From positions 35,790 to 99,789 of the forward strand of contig CAVPMX010000004.1 of the NCBI GenBank assembly GCA_963706745.1: 64,000 nucleotides of DNA, read 5' to 3'. Every line of letters begins with the position of its first letter. The stretch's first letter is position 1. This stretch comes from an uncultured Actinomycetes bacterium (GTDB lineage: Bacteria > Actinomycetota > Acidimicrobiia > IMCC26256 > PALSA-610). The notes below the pieces were generated by a model that saw nothing but the letters and a program-made list of their open reading frames with translations, did not search any database and was not told the origin of the DNA. Positions 49,539 to 59,954 of the stretch are shown in pieces. The translations under genes and the position numbers were made by a program.

Positions 49539-50375
49539 GTGGCAGATGACGTCGAGCCCAGCACCGACCCGCCGCCGTGGCGCCTGCGCCGGCCGCGCTC
49601 CCGTGCCATCTCCGGGTCGTCGCAGAGCAGAGGTGGAGCGTCGGGTCCGCTGGTCGAGGCGTCCGACGAGGTCGTCCCTTTCAACAGGGTCCGCACAAGA
49701 GCGGCCGCAGCACTGGTGGCGTCGAAGGCGAGCACCCCCCACGCCTGGTGCGCGCTGCCGGTCGACTTCTCGGCCGTCGAAGACGCGCGGGCAGCGTCGC
49801 GCGAGACCTTCCGCTCCGAGGAGGGGTTCTCGCTCACGTACCTGCCCTTCGTCGCGCGCGCTGTCGCCGATGCACTGGTCGAGTATCCGCTGCTGAACTC
49901 GACCGTCGCGGGTGGGCCGGGAACCCACGCGACCGAGCCGGTCGTCCACCGGACAGTGAACCTCGGGTTCGCGGTAGACCTCGACTACCAGGGCCTGGTC
50001 GTGCCCGTGGTGCGCGATGCAGATGGGCTCACGGTCAGGTCGATTGCCTTGGCGGTGCACGATCTCGCGGGTCGCGCGCGTGCGAAGCGCCTTCTGCCCG
50101 ACGAAGTAGTGGGGGTGACCTTCACGATCACGAATCCTGGAGCGGCCGGCACGTGGCTCTCGGTCCCGATCATCCACCGACCCGCGGTAGCGATCCTCTC
50201 GACCGACGGGGTGCGCCGACGTGTCGTCGCGCGCGACGGGGCGCTCTCGATCTGCCCGGTGGGGTACCTCGGCCTCAGCTACGACCGGAGCGCAATCGGC
50301 CCGGCCTACGCATCCGCGTTCCTGGCGCACGTTGGCGCGGTGCTGTCGGAACGCGACTGGGCCGACGCTGTGTGA
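49539..50375 (+). CDS. 2-oxoacid dehydrogenase E2-like catalytic domain without a lipoyl domain; active-site His not conserved; start uncertain
   Basis: VVPFNRVRTRAAAALVASKASTPHAW...GFSLTYLPFVARAV...VNLGFAVD...FTITNPGAAG. Where DHRxxDG is expected, it reads LSYDRSAIGPA. It is divergent from the E1 gene, with no room upstream for a lipoyl domain. Confidence 0.7.
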   Translation: MADDVEPSTDPPPWRLRRPRSRAISGSSQSRGGASGPLVEASDEVVPFNRVRTRAAAALVASKASTPHAWCALPVDFSAVEDARAASRETFRSEEGFSLTYLPFVARAVADALVEYPLLNSTVAGGPGTHATEPVVHRTVNLGFAVDLDYQGLVVPVVRDADGLTVRSIALAVHDLAGRARAKRLLPDEVVGVTFTITNPGAAGTWLSVPIIHRPAVAILSTDGVRRRVVARDGALSICPVGYLGLSYDRSAIGPAYASAFLAHVGAVLSERDWADAV

Positions 50376-50381
50376 GCGCGC

Positions 50382-51605
50382 TCAACCCGACAGAAGCTCG
50401 GGGTTCTCGACGTCGGCCGGAGTGCAGTCAGCGGGAGCTGTGACCGGATTGCACCTGGCGGGCGTCCCCGCGGGGATCTCGACCGAGTACGGACCGAAGC
50501 CGGGGTCTGGGATCTCGTAGTCGGTGCTGATGAAGTGCGCGCCGCTCGCGAATGCCGCATCCCGCTGTGTGGTGTCGTTCTCCCGCGCCTGGACGGTATC
50601 GGCATCTGCTCGGGTGCGGACCAGCATGTTCGCCGCGAGCACGGCGGCGATCTCGGAGGCCTCGTCGACAGGATCGTTGCGGTTGGTGAACGCGGAGTCC
50701 TCGAGGCCCGGATCCGTGTTCGTGAACATCGCGCGGCCGGATAGGGAGGGATGGCCTACGAGGTAGAGGTCGCGGAGGCCGGCGTTGTTGAGCGCGAACA
50801 CCACTCGTCCGCGTACCGCTCCGAGCACGGGCCAGCCCGCCGATTCGACGGCTTCGCCCAAGGTCTCGCTGTCTCCGCGAACCATGTCCGGGGTGACGAG
50901 GTCGGCCTCGTCGAAGACCGACCTGATCTCGGCGTCGAGCGTGTCGAGCTCTTCGGCGCCGAACGGTATGGGAACCGTCCACTCGAGCGGCGCTTCGAGG
51001 GTCATCACCTCGTCCTTGGGCTCCACGAGCACGAGCAGCGGTACGTGACCCGGGTGCGCGTCCGACCAGGCCTTGATCTCCTCCAAGCACGTGGTGAAGA
51101 GCACGCACGTGGTGCCGAAGTCGACGTCCTGCACGTGCAGCACCTTGAGCCCCGGCTCACTCCAGTCGGGGTCAGCCGGCGGTTCCTTCCCGAGTATCGG
51201 GAGGGCGGCAGGCGTGGCGTAGTGGCCGCCGTCGGGATCGGCGAAGACGTCGAGCTCCATCTGTCGTACGCCGTGGGTGTCGAGCTGCTCGGTCAAGGGG
51301 GAGTGCGAGTACTCGAGTGTGCCCGTGATCTCGGGTGCGGCGGCCATCATCGCCGCGAACAGATCCGGCTCGGCCTGCACGTGGTACGAGTTGTGCGACC
51401 CGAGCACCTGCACCTGGTCGAGGCGGAGCGTGTCGTCGAACGGATACCCGGCGTCGGCGGTCGTCGGAGGCACTGAGGCGCCCGAGGTGCTCGACGCGTC
51501 GTCCCCGGTGCCGTCGCCGGACGAGCATGCGGCGAGACCGGCCAGCGCCATACCGAGCGCCGCTGCCACACAGGTCGTGTTGGCGATCCTGCGTCTGGGT
51601 GCCAT
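50382..51605 (-). CDS. lipoprotein, Ca-dependent PI-PLC-like phosphodiesterase family
   Basis: Lipobox LAGLAACSS; QVLGSHNSYH...MELDVFADP...RTRADADT...GAHFISTDY. Confidence 0.7.
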   Translation of the reverse strand: MAPRRRIANTTCVAAALGMALAGLAACSSGDGTGDDASSTSGASVPPTTADAGYPFDDTLRLDQVQVLGSHNSYHVQAEPDLFAAMMAAAPEITGTLEYSHSPLTEQLDTHGVRQMELDVFADPDGGHYATPAALPILGKEPPADPDWSEPGLKVLHVQDVDFGTTCVLFTTCLEEIKAWSDAHPGHVPLLVLVEPKDEVMTLEAPLEWTVPIPFGAEELDTLDAEIRSVFDEADLVTPDMVRGDSETLGEAVESAGWPVLGAVRGRVVFALNNAGLRDLYLVGHPSLSGRAMFTNTDPGLEDSAFTNRNDPVDEASEIAAVLAANMLVRTRADADTVQARENDTTQRDAAFASGAHFISTDYEIPDPGFGPYSVEIPAGTPARCNPVTAPADCTPADVENPELLSG

Positions 51606-51693
51606 CGCGGGAATCTATCCGGATCCTGTTGATAACAGCGACCGCGATGCGTAACTTGCGTGCTTCGGAGCGGTCCGGACTGGAGAAGGACAA

Positions 51694-52449
51694 GTGCGTC
51701 AGAGACTCCTCGCATTCGTGGTCGCGATCGGGGTTGCGTCCGGCACGGGAGCCGCCCAGGTGGCAGTGGCGCCCGCTGCCGCGCCGGCGACCGGGAACCC
51801 GGTGTTGATCGTGGCCGGAACGTTCTCGCCGGAGTTCGCCGTGGAACCGCTCGCTGCCCGCCTCCGTCACGACGGCTTCACCGTGTACACGATGGCCCTG
51901 CCCGGCCTCGGCGTCGGAGACATCGCGCAGTCCGCACAGGCTGTGGCAACGGCGGTCGATGCGATCCGCGCCGAGACCGGCTCGGCGAAGGTGGACCTCG
52001 TAGGTCACTCGCAAGGGGGCCTCGAGAACCGCTACTACCTGAAGTTCCTAGGCGGGACCGCCAAGGTGGGCGCCTACGTGAGCCTCGGTACTCCCCAGTA
52101 CGGGACGTACTTGGCGAATCTCGGGACGTTCCTGGGGTTCGGCGACTGCCTGACGGTGGTGGCGTGCGTCCAGATGGCTACGGGCTCGTCATTCCTGGCC
52201 GCCCTGAACGCAGGCGACGACACTCCGGGGAGCGTCCGGTACTACGCCATCTACACGGTCTTCGACGAGCTGGTGCAGCCCTGGGCCAACGCGAAGCTGC
52301 AGGACGGAGCCAAGAACATCAAGCTCCAGTCGTACTGCCCGTTCCGGATCGTCGGTCACCTCGGGCTGATCCTCGACGGCTCCGTCTACGGACTCGTGAA
52401 GACGTCCCTACAGGGTGGGAGAGTCCGCACGAACTGCTTCGCCTTGTGA
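51694..52449 (+). CDS. secreted class-2 lipase/esterase (alpha/beta hydrolase)
   Basis: Signal peptide; PVLIVAGTF...VDLVGHSQGG (nucleophile elbow). Confidence 0.82.
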   Translation: MRQRLLAFVVAIGVASGTGAAQVAVAPAAAPATGNPVLIVAGTFSPEFAVEPLAARLRHDGFTVYTMALPGLGVGDIAQSAQAVATAVDAIRAETGSAKVDLVGHSQGGLENRYYLKFLGGTAKVGAYVSLGTPQYGTYLANLGTFLGFGDCLTVVACVQMATGSSFLAALNAGDDTPGSVRYYAIYTVFDELVQPWANAKLQDGAKNIKLQSYCPFRIVGHLGLILDGSVYGLVKTSLQGGRVRTNCFAL

Positions 52450-52457
52450 CGTCGTGC

Positions 52458-52486
52458 GTGCGCGCCGGGCTCGGCCCGGCGCGCAC
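52458..52486. terminator. GC-rich hairpin between convergent genes (candidate bidirectional terminator)
   Basis: GTGCGCGCCGGGC-TCG-GCCCGGCGCGCAC forms a perfect 13-bp stem. It starts 9 nt after the lipase stop. No U-tract. Confidence 0.5.
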
Positions 52487-52507
52487 GTCCGGGAGTCGTG
52501 GAGTACC

Positions 52508-53059
52508 TCAGTTGCTGCCGCCTGAAGTCGCGTCGGGCGGAGGGGGCGGCGGAGGCGGAGGCGGAGGCGGCGGCGGAGGCTGGGTCGCGACCGGGGTCGG
52601 CGCCGGTGCAGGAGCCGGGGTGAAGACGGGAGCGGGCGCCGGAGCCGGCTGGGGGGCCGGAGTCGCGACAGGAGGTGGCGCTGCAGCCGGCGCGCCTGTC
52701 GCTCCGGGGATCGACGCATCGGTCGCAGGAGGTGCGGCGGCGACGAGATGGCGCCGGACGATGATCCGCACGATCCGGCGGGGCGGTGGTGCTGCGGCAG
52801 GCGGCGCCGTTGTCGCAGGCGTCGCAGGCGTCACGCCGGCCGGGGGTGCGTAGGCCTCGCCGGTGGTGGCGCCGGCGACCGGCACCGATCCGCTGTCCCA
52901 CTCGTTCGGCGCGTACATCGCGCTCATCAGGAGGACCGTCGAGGCGAGGCTCCCGCCGCCTACGAGGACGCGAGTGGCGAGCGCGGCGTGACGGCGCCTG
53001 GAGCGCGCCCGTGCCGCAGGCAGCGTGGGTGCCGCGTCCCCTCGGGCTTCTGCTGCCAT
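52508..53059 (-). CDS. proline-rich membrane protein with a run of 15 consecutive Pro
   Basis: ATG 53059. One TM segment (VLVGGGSLASTVLLMSAM), then a Pro/Ala-rich tail ending QPPPPPPPPPPPPPPPDATSGGSN. The start overlaps the upstream stop (TGATG). Confidence 0.6.
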   Translation of the reverse strand: MAAEARGDAAPTLPAARARSRRRHAALATRVLVGGGSLASTVLLMSAMYAPNEWDSGSVPVAGATTGEAYAPPAGVTPATPATTAPPAAAPPPRRIVRIIVRRHLVAAAPPATDASIPGATGAPAAAPPPVATPAPQPAPAPAPVFTPAPAPAPTPVATQPPPPPPPPPPPPPPPDATSGGSN

Positions 53060-53805
53060 CAGTCGTCGCCCCGGTCCTCGTACTCGACCTCGACCTCGAC
53101 GCGTCCGTTCTCCACTTTGGCCTTCCACTTGATCTCGGCGTCGGGACCCTGGAACTCGACGCTCACCTCGTGTCCGCTCGACCTCACCACGTGCGCTGTC
53201 CAACCGCTCGCCGGGGAGGTGGAGACGATCGACATCGAGTTCCCGGAGACGTCGGCGGTGACCGTTCCGGCACCCCCGGCGCTGTACGTGACGAGCGACG
53301 ACGGAGCGGACGTGGTGGGTGGCGCTGCGGGCCGGGTCGTCGGGCTCGTTGTGGCGGGCGCGCCCGACGGCGGTGAGTGGCCGTCGCCTGCTCCGGCGTC
53401 GGGGTCGTCGTCGTTGCCGTCGTCCCCGGCTTCGTGGCCGTCGCCGTCGTCGTTGCCGCCACCGGGCGGCTGGGTCCCCGATGTAGGCGCGGGAGCGGGC
53501 GGATCCGAAGGTTCCGGCGCGGGATCCCCCGCAGGGGCGGCGACCGGGACGGCGACGTCCTGGTAGTAGGTCTGGTACTCGGTCTCGGGGACGGCGGGCA
53601 GGGTCGAGGTCGCCCGGGCGGCACGGGCGGCCCTCTGGCCCGTCGTGGCGCTCGCGACCGGCGACTTCTCCGCCGCCAGAGCCAGATCGCCGGCGCCGGT
53701 GGTGCCAGACCGCAGGATGCCCAGGTTCACGGCGATCCCGGTGCTCACGGCCACGGCCGCGAGCGAGACGGTGGCTGCGGCGGTCAGCGCTGCTCGTCGT
53801 TGCAT
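53059..53805 (-). CDS. hypothetical membrane-anchored protein
   Basis: N-terminal TM (LTAAATVSLAAVAVSTGIAV), an acidic/Pro-rich linker, and a C-terminal beta-rich domain (SGWTAHVVRSSGHEVSVEFQG...VEVEVEYE). Confidence 0.6.
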   Translation of the reverse strand: MQRRAALTAAATVSLAAVAVSTGIAVNLGILRSGTTGAGDLALAAEKSPVASATTGQRAARAARATSTLPAVPETEYQTYYQDVAVPVAAPAGDPAPEPSDPPAPAPTSGTQPPGGGNDDGDGHEAGDDGNDDDPDAGAGDGHSPPSGAPATTSPTTRPAAPPTTSAPSSLVTYSAGGAGTVTADVSGNSMSIVSTSPASGWTAHVVRSSGHEVSVEFQGPDAEIKWKAKVENGRVEVEVEYEDRGDD

Positions 53806-54018
53806 GACTCCCCCTGCTCGTCGATCGGTCCTGCCCCCCCGGGTGTCTGTACCAACTATCGACCACGGCGGGGATCTTCAGCACCAGGGGAAGGCAAAGG
53901 TTCGGCAAAGAAGATCGGCGGCACGACGGGGCGGGGAGTCGACACGGCGCGCGCCGGCGCGCCACGATGGGCCCAGTTGTCGAGGCGGATCGTCGAGGCA
54001 GGCGCCCCGGGGGGATGC

Positions 54019-55197
54019 ATGTACGTCGGTTACTCAGAGGAGCACCTGGCCCTACGAGACGAGCTGCGGGCCTATTACGAGCGGCTCCTCACGCCACAGG
54101 TCCAGAAGGAGCTGCGGCAAGGCGAGGGGGTGGGGCCGGCCGCGCGGTCGATTGCGCGCCGGATGGCGCAGGACGGATGGCTCGGCATCGGCTGGCCCGT
54201 GGAGTACGGCGGCCAGGGCCGCACGCCGATCGAGCAGTTCATCTTCTACGACGAGTCGATGCGAGCGGGGGCGCCGGTGCCCATCCTCTCGATCAACACG
54301 GTCGCACCAACGATCATGGCGTTCGGGAGTGTCGAGCAGAAGGACTACTACCTGCCGAAGATCCTCGCCGCCGAGATCAACTTCGCGATCGGCTACACGG
54401 AGCCGGACGCCGGAACCGACCTCGCATCCCTGAAGACGTCCGCTGCTCGCGACGGAGACGAGTACGTGATCAACGGCCAGAAGGTCTTCACGAGCCTCGC
54501 CACGGACGCCGACTACGTCTGGCTCGCCGCGCGCACCGATCCGGATGTCAAGAAGCACAAGGGCATCTCCATCTTCATCGTCCCCACCGACACCCCCGGG
54601 TACAAGTGCACGCCGATCGACAACTTCTGTGATCTCAACACGAACGTCACCTACTACGAGGACGTGCGCGTGCCCGCGCAGAACCTGGTCGGTGAGGAGA
54701 ACGGGGGCTGGCGTCTCATCACGAACCAGCTGAATCACGAGCGCGTCACTCTCTGCTCGTCGGGAGTTATCGAGCGGGTCCTCGACGACATCAGGGCGTG
54801 GGCGCAGGCGACGACCCTCGCGGACGGCACCCGCGTCGTGGACCAGGAGTGGGTCCAGGTGAACCTCGCCCGCGTCCACGCGAAGCTCGAGTTCCTGCGG
54901 CTGGCGAACTGGCGGGTTGCCTGGGAGGCGACCCAGGGGATGCCCCTCAATCCCGCTGACGCTTCCAGCATCAAGGTCTTCGGCACCGAGTTCTACATGG
55001 AGGCGTTCAGGCTGCTCATGGAAGTCGTGCAGCCGTTCGCCCACATCGAGGGCGACTCGCCCGACTCGGTGAGGCGAGGCACCCTCGCCCAGCTGATCCG
55101 CAGGATGCACATCCTCACGTTCGGTGGCGGTACCAACGAGATGCAGCGCGACCTCATCGCGATCTTCGGCCTCGACATGCCGGGCTCGCCACGATGA
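54019..55197 (+). CDS. acyl-CoA dehydrogenase
   Basis: ATG 54019. GWLGIGWPVEYGGQG...AIGYTEPDAGTDLASL...INGQKVFTS...FGGGTNEMQRDLIA. Confidence 0.9.
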   Translation: MYVGYSEEHLALRDELRAYYERLLTPQVQKELRQGEGVGPAARSIARRMAQDGWLGIGWPVEYGGQGRTPIEQFIFYDESMRAGAPVPILSINTVAPTIMAFGSVEQKDYYLPKILAAEINFAIGYTEPDAGTDLASLKTSAARDGDEYVINGQKVFTSLATDADYVWLAARTDPDVKKHKGISIFIVPTDTPGYKCTPIDNFCDLNTNVTYYEDVRVPAQNLVGEENGGWRLITNQLNHERVTLCSSGVIERVLDDIRAWAQATTLADGTRVVDQEWVQVNLARVHAKLEFLRLANWRVAWEATQGMPLNPADASSIKVFGTEFYMEAFRLLMEVVQPFAHIEGDSPDSVRRGTLAQLIRRMHILTFGGGTNEMQRDLIAIFGLDMPGSPR

Positions 55198-55222
55198 GGA
55201 GCATGACTCGCGGAGGGACGAC

Positions 55223-56341
55223 ATGGACTTCGGTCTGAGCGAGGAGCAGCTGGAGCTGCGGGGCCTCGCGCGGAGGATTCTCTCCGACAGGATGACGCCG
55301 GCGAGGCTGAAGGAGATCGACGCGTCGACCGATTGGTTCGACCGCGACACCTGGGCGGAGCTGGCGAAGGCGAACCTGCTCGGCGTCGCCCTGCCCGAAG
55401 CCGACGGTGGCCTGGGGATGGGGTTCTCCGACCTGTGCCTACTGCTGGTCGAGGTCGGGCGACACGTCGCCCCCCTGCCGGCGGTGCCCTGCCTCGCCAC
55501 CGGAGCGATGGCCCTGTCCGCCTTCGGCGCTCCGGCGCAGAGGGCGGCGCTTCCGGGGGTGGCCGCCGGTGCGACGATCCTGACGGCGGCGCTCACGGAG
55601 CCGGGAGGCGACCCATACAGCCCCTCCGCCGAGGCCACGAGAGACGGCGACGGCTGGCGGATCTCGGGTGTGAAGACCGCCGTTCCGGCAGCGCACCTGG
55701 CCGAGGCGATCCTGGTGCCGGCCTCGGAGGGGGGCACCACGCAGGTATTCGTAGTGGATGCCGCCGACCCCGGGCTGTCGATGGAGCGGCAGGAGACGAT
55801 CGGCAGGGAGCCGCAGTCTCGGGTGACCCTCGACGGCGCAACGGCACGGGGCGATGCCCTGCTCGCAGGCGACGGGTTCTCGGGTGAGCAGATACTGAGC
55901 TGGATCATCGCGCGCACCACGGTCGCGCTGGCGGCCGTTGCGTCGGGCGTCAGCGCGGAGGCGCTGCGGATCACGGCGGAGTACGCAACCGAACGGCACC
56001 AGTTCGACCGTCCGATCGGGTCGTTCCAGGCTGTCGGGCAGCGCCTGGCCGACGCGTTCATCGACAATCGGGCCATCGAGCTGACGATGCAGGCGGCCGC
56101 GACCCATCTGGACGAGGGTCGGGAGATCCCCTCCGAGATCGCCACGGCGAAGTTCTGGGCTGCCGACGGCGGCAGCAGGGTGGTGCACGCTGCATTGCAT
56201 GTCCACGGCGGCGTCAGCATCGACAACGACTACCCGATCCACCGCTACTTCCTCTGGATGAAGCAGATCGAGTCGACGCTCGGCGCGGCGACGCCGCAGC
56301 TCCTTCGACTCGGCCGGATCCTCGCGACGGAGCCCGTCTGA
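55223..56341 (+). CDS. acyl-CoA dehydrogenase family protein (likely partner subunit of the upstream gene)
   Basis: ATG 55223. MDFGLSEEQLELRGLARR...ERHQFDRPIGSFQAVGQRLAD...KFWAADGG. Confidence 0.88.
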   Translation: MDFGLSEEQLELRGLARRILSDRMTPARLKEIDASTDWFDRDTWAELAKANLLGVALPEADGGLGMGFSDLCLLLVEVGRHVAPLPAVPCLATGAMALSAFGAPAQRAALPGVAAGATILTAALTEPGGDPYSPSAEATRDGDGWRISGVKTAVPAAHLAEAILVPASEGGTTQVFVVDAADPGLSMERQETIGREPQSRVTLDGATARGDALLAGDGFSGEQILSWIIARTTVALAAVASGVSAEALRITAEYATERHQFDRPIGSFQAVGQRLADAFIDNRAIELTMQAAATHLDEGREIPSEIATAKFWAADGGSRVVHAALHVHGGVSIDNDYPIHRYFLWMKQIESTLGAATPQLLRLGRILATEPV

Positions 56342-56361
56342 GCCCGCGGTCGCGGCGATCG

Positions 56362-57767
56362 GTGGCGACCACCGCGCCCGGTGCGCGGGCAGTGGCCGAC
56401 GCGGAGCCCGTCGTGTTCTGGCTGGATCGTCCCGACATCCCCGAGGTTGCTCCACCACCTTCGGGGCGCGTCGACACTGACCTCTGCATCGTCGGCGGGG
56501 GATACACGGGCCTGTGGGCGGCGATCCTGGCGAAGGAGGATGACCCGGATCGCGACGTCGTGGTGCTCGAGGGAGACCGCGTGGCGCACGGTGCGTCGGG
56601 ACGCAACGGCGGGTTCCTCGACGCATCGATCACTCACGGCCTCGCCAACGGCATCGACCACTTCCCCGGAGAGATCGAGCGCCTCGTCGAAATCGGACGC
56701 GACAACTACCGGGGCCTCCTCGACACTCTCGACCGGTATCGGATCGATGCCGCGTTCGAAGCGACCGGGGAGCTGATCGTCGCCACCGACGACTACCAGG
56801 TACCCGGCCTCGCCGAGTCGGTCACGACCCGCCGGAGGTACGGCGAGGACGCGGTTCTGTTGGATCGCGACGAGGTGCGCGCCGAGGTCGACTCACCGAG
56901 GTTCCTCGGCGGTGCCTGGCAACGGAGCCACATCGGACTTGTCGATCCGGCGGCACTCGCCCTCGGGCTGAGGCGCGCGGCGGTCTCCCTGGGCGTGCGG
57001 GTGTTCGAGGGCACCCGGGCGACCGACGTCCGTGCCGACGGTGCCTCGGTCAGGATCGACACGGCGACGGGACACGTAGAGGCCGCGGGAGTCGTTCTCG
57101 CCACGAACGCCTACCGGGGCCTGGTGGCACCGATTCGGCGTACCGTCGCCACCGTCTACGACTACGTACTCGTGACGGAGCCGCTCGGCGAGGCTCAGCG
57201 CGCGTCGATCGGGTGGACGAACCGGCAAGGCCTGGCGGACTCCGCGAACCAGTTCCACTACTTCCGCCTGACCGCGGACGGCCGCATCCTCTGGGGGGGC
57301 TACGACGCGGTCTACTACTTCGGTGGCGGAGTTTCGGCGCGTCGCGAGCAGAGTCGTCGCACGGCGTCGCTGCTCGCGGAGCAGTTCTTCGAGGTGTTTC
57401 CGCAGCTCGAGGGCGTGCGGTTCACCCATCGGTGGGGTGGGCCGATCGCGACGACCACCCGCTTCTGCGCGTCGTTCGGCGCGGCGCTCGATGGCAGGCT
57501 CGCGTACTCGGTCGGGTACACAGGTCTCGGAGTCGCCGCCAGCCGCTTCGGCGCGCGCGTCGCACTCACGCTGCTCGACGAGCCCTCTGCCGAGTCGATC
57601 CGGCTCGACCTCGTGCGGTCGCGCCCCTTCCCCTTCCCGCCGGAGCCGGTCAAGTGGCTCGGCATCACTCTCACCCGTCGCGCCATCGCGCGGGCGGACA
57701 GGCGCGAGGGGCGGCGCGGCCGTGGCTCTCCCTGCTGGATCGAATGGGGCTCGGGTTCGACTCCTGA
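56362..57767 (+). CDS. FAD-dependent oxidoreductase (DAO family); C-terminal frame break near 57718-57723
   Basis: DLCIVGGGYTGLWAA is the dinucleotide-binding motif. The expected tail EGRRG-PWLSLLDRMGLGFDS plus TGA 57765-57767 lies in the frame of ORF 57213..57767. As written, the track ORF runs on to 58047, antisense to the next gene. Confidence 0.8.
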
Positions 57768-57780
57768 TCCCGCGGCGCAG

Positions 57781-58542
57781 CTAGCCGCGGGCGGACTCGA
57801 GCAGGCGTGCGACCGGATCGAGATCGTAGGGGTGTCCGACCATGACGATGAGGTGCGATGCACCGGCCTCGAGGTAGGCGTCGGCGTTGTCGATCTCGTT
57901 CGGCTGGATCGCGACCGTCCGCTCGATCTGCGACGGTCCGCGATCCACTCGAGCGCACCACTCGTCGAGGATCCGGCTCTTGGCGGCGAAGGCCTCCGGC
58001 GGGCCGAAGGTGTTCCACATGTCTGCGTGCTCCGCCACGAGGCGTAGCGTGACCCGCTCCCCGCTCCCGCCGATGAGGATCGGGAGGCGTCCTACGGGCG
58101 TCGGAGTCAGCTGGCTGAGCCGGGTCGCGATCTGCGGCAGGGCGGCCTCGAGTGCGTGCAGACGGCCGCCGGCGGTGCCGAACTCGTACCCGTACTCCGT
58201 GTAGTCGCGCTCGAACCAGCCGGAGCCGATCCCGAGGACGAACCGTCCTCCGCTCAGGTGATCGATCGTCCTCGCCATGTCGGCGAGGAGGTGGGGGTTG
58301 CGATAGGAGTTGCAGGTGACGAGGGCGCCGATCTGCGCATTGCTCGTCTCGACCGCCATCGCTGCCAGGAGCGTGTACGCCTCGAAGTGCGGTGCGCACG
58401 GATCGCCGTAGAGCGGGAAGAAGTGGTCCCACACCCAGATGCTGTCGACTCCGAGTGCATCGGCCGCCCTCCACGCGGCACGGAGATCGTCCAAGGACGT
58501 CGCCTGCGGGTGAAGCTGCACGCCTACTTCGAACCTCGCCAT
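57781..58542 (-). CDS. LLM-class F420-dependent oxidoreductase
   Basis: [16 protein letters not shown]...[11 protein letters not shown]...[24 protein letters not shown]. Confidence 0.82.
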   Translation of the reverse strand: MARFEVGVQLHPQATSLDDLRAAWRAADALGVDSIWVWDHFFPLYGDPCAPHFEAYTLLAAMAVETSNAQIGALVTCNSYRNPHLLADMARTIDHLSGGRFVLGIGSGWFERDYTEYGYEFGTAGGRLHALEAALPQIATRLSQLTPTPVGRLPILIGGSGERVTLRLVAEHADMWNTFGPPEAFAAKSRILDEWCARVDRGPSQIERTVAIQPNEIDNADAYLEAGASHLIVMVGHPYDLDPVARLLESARG

Positions 58543-58585
58543 CTGCCCTCTCTGTGCTCGTCGAGTGCATCCGCCGGTGGGCAGG

Positions 58586-59737
58586 TTAGTGGCGACGGTC
58601 CTCGAGGATCAGCCGGCGGCCGCCGTCGGCCAGGGCGAGGACCGCCTCACCCTGCATGAGACGGCGGATCGGCTCGCCGATGAGCGCCGCACGCCACCCG
58701 TGCGAGAGCCGCCCCTCGATGCCCGAGAGCAGCAGCGAGAGATCGAAGCGCGTCGCGAGCAGCGCCGGGTCCAGGTCGAGCTCCGAGGCGCGCTGCGACA
58801 GCCACGCGCCTACCACCGTGACCGCAGCTCCCAGGGACCGGTCGACGGGCGCGGCGTCGGGAAGGTGAAGGCGCGACGGGTCGAGCTCCAGGCCCTCTTC
58901 GACTGCGGCGAGGATCTCGGCCGCGGCGCCGTTGCGGAGGTGACGGCCGTCGAGGCCGCGCACCGACTGCAGCGCATCTCTGGACCGGGGAGGTCGCTGC
59001 ACTATCCCGGCGAGAGCGAGGTCGGGCAGTACGAAGCGCGGCGGGACGTCTGCGGCCATCGCCGAGCGCTCCCTCCATGCGGCGACCAGCTGGGCGACCC
59101 CGCGCGACTTGCCCCGGAGCTGGCGCGAACCCTTCAGCTTCCACCACGCAGCCTCGGCGTCGGGCCGTGTCCGGTCGCGAATGCGCCGCTCCTCGCACTC
59201 GTCGACGGCCCAGTCGAGACGACCGGCCGCTTCGAGATCATCGACCAGGCTGTCGCGGAGGGCGAGCAGGTGGTCGACGTCTGCGGCTGCATAGGCGCGC
59301 TCACCGGCGCTGAGCGGACGATGCGTCCAGTCGGCGAGGCGGTCGCCCTTGGCCAGTCGAACGCCCAGGAGCTTCTCGACCAGGACCGCGAGCGACGGTG
59401 TGCCGTGCCCGCAGAAGCCCGCTGCGACCTGCGTGTCGAAGAGCGACGACGGTCCGAGGCCGCACGCGCGTTCGAGGATCGCGAGATCCTGGTCGGCTGC
59501 GTGGGCGACCATCGTGCCCGGGCCGCCGAGGAAGGCGCCCATGGGTGCGATGTCGACCGCCAGGGGGTCGACCAGGGCGATGCCGCCGGGCCATGCGATC
59601 TGCACCAGCGCCAGCCGTGGCCAGTACGTGCGTTCGGTGTGGAACTCGGTGTCGAGCGCGTAGGCCTCGGCCGCAGCGACGTCGCCTACGAGGTCGTCGA
59701 GGGCGTCTTCGTCGGCTACCCAAAGCATCTCGCTCAC
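58586..59737 (-). CDS. rnd: ribonuclease D
   Basis: DEDD 3'-5' exonuclease motifs ([25 protein letters not shown]) followed by an HRDC-like region. Confidence 0.88.
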   Translation of the reverse strand: MSEMLWVADEDALDDLVGDVAAAEAYALDTEFHTERTYWPRLALVQIAWPGGIALVDPLAVDIAPMGAFLGGPGTMVAHAADQDLAILERACGLGPSSLFDTQVAAGFCGHGTPSLAVLVEKLLGVRLAKGDRLADWTHRPLSAGERAYAAADVDHLLALRDSLVDDLEAAGRLDWAVDECEERRIRDRTRPDAEAAWWKLKGSRQLRGKSRGVAQLVAAWRERSAMAADVPPRFVLPDLALAGIVQRPPRSRDALQSVRGLDGRHLRNGAAAEILAAVEEGLELDPSRLHLPDAAPVDRSLGAAVTVVGAWLSQRASELDLDPALLATRFDLSLLLSGIEGRLSHGWRAALIGEPIRRLMQGEAVLALADGGRRLILEDRRH

Positions 59738-59954
59738 GTTCCGCAGTCTTGCCGAGACAGGCGCGCCGGGGCCGCACGGGGCTCTCGGCCACGACAGGTG
59801 GCTCCGCGAACGCCCGGAACGGACGATACGAGACCCCGCTGGATTACTGGATCGAAATAGGTCAGAATCGTCTCAGGCGTCCGGGTCGGCGCGAGACCCC
59901 CACCTCGCGGACCGGCCCGTGACGCCTGCTTCGCGCCCGGGCGGTGCGCGGCGG

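Noticed and set aside
52535-52579. GGC/GGA-rich tract as a non-coding microsatellite or as a poly-Gly protein on the plus strand (ORF 51660..52853)
   Set aside because: The plus-strand ORF is Arg/Gly low complexity and overlaps the lipase gene out of frame. The minus-strand frame has a TM segment and start/stop coupling with its upstream gene, so the tract is read as poly-Pro.
54052-56226. 724-aa minus-strand ORF over the two acyl-CoA dehydrogenase genes
   Set aside because: It is antisense to two genes with strong family motifs, and its composition is low-complexity.
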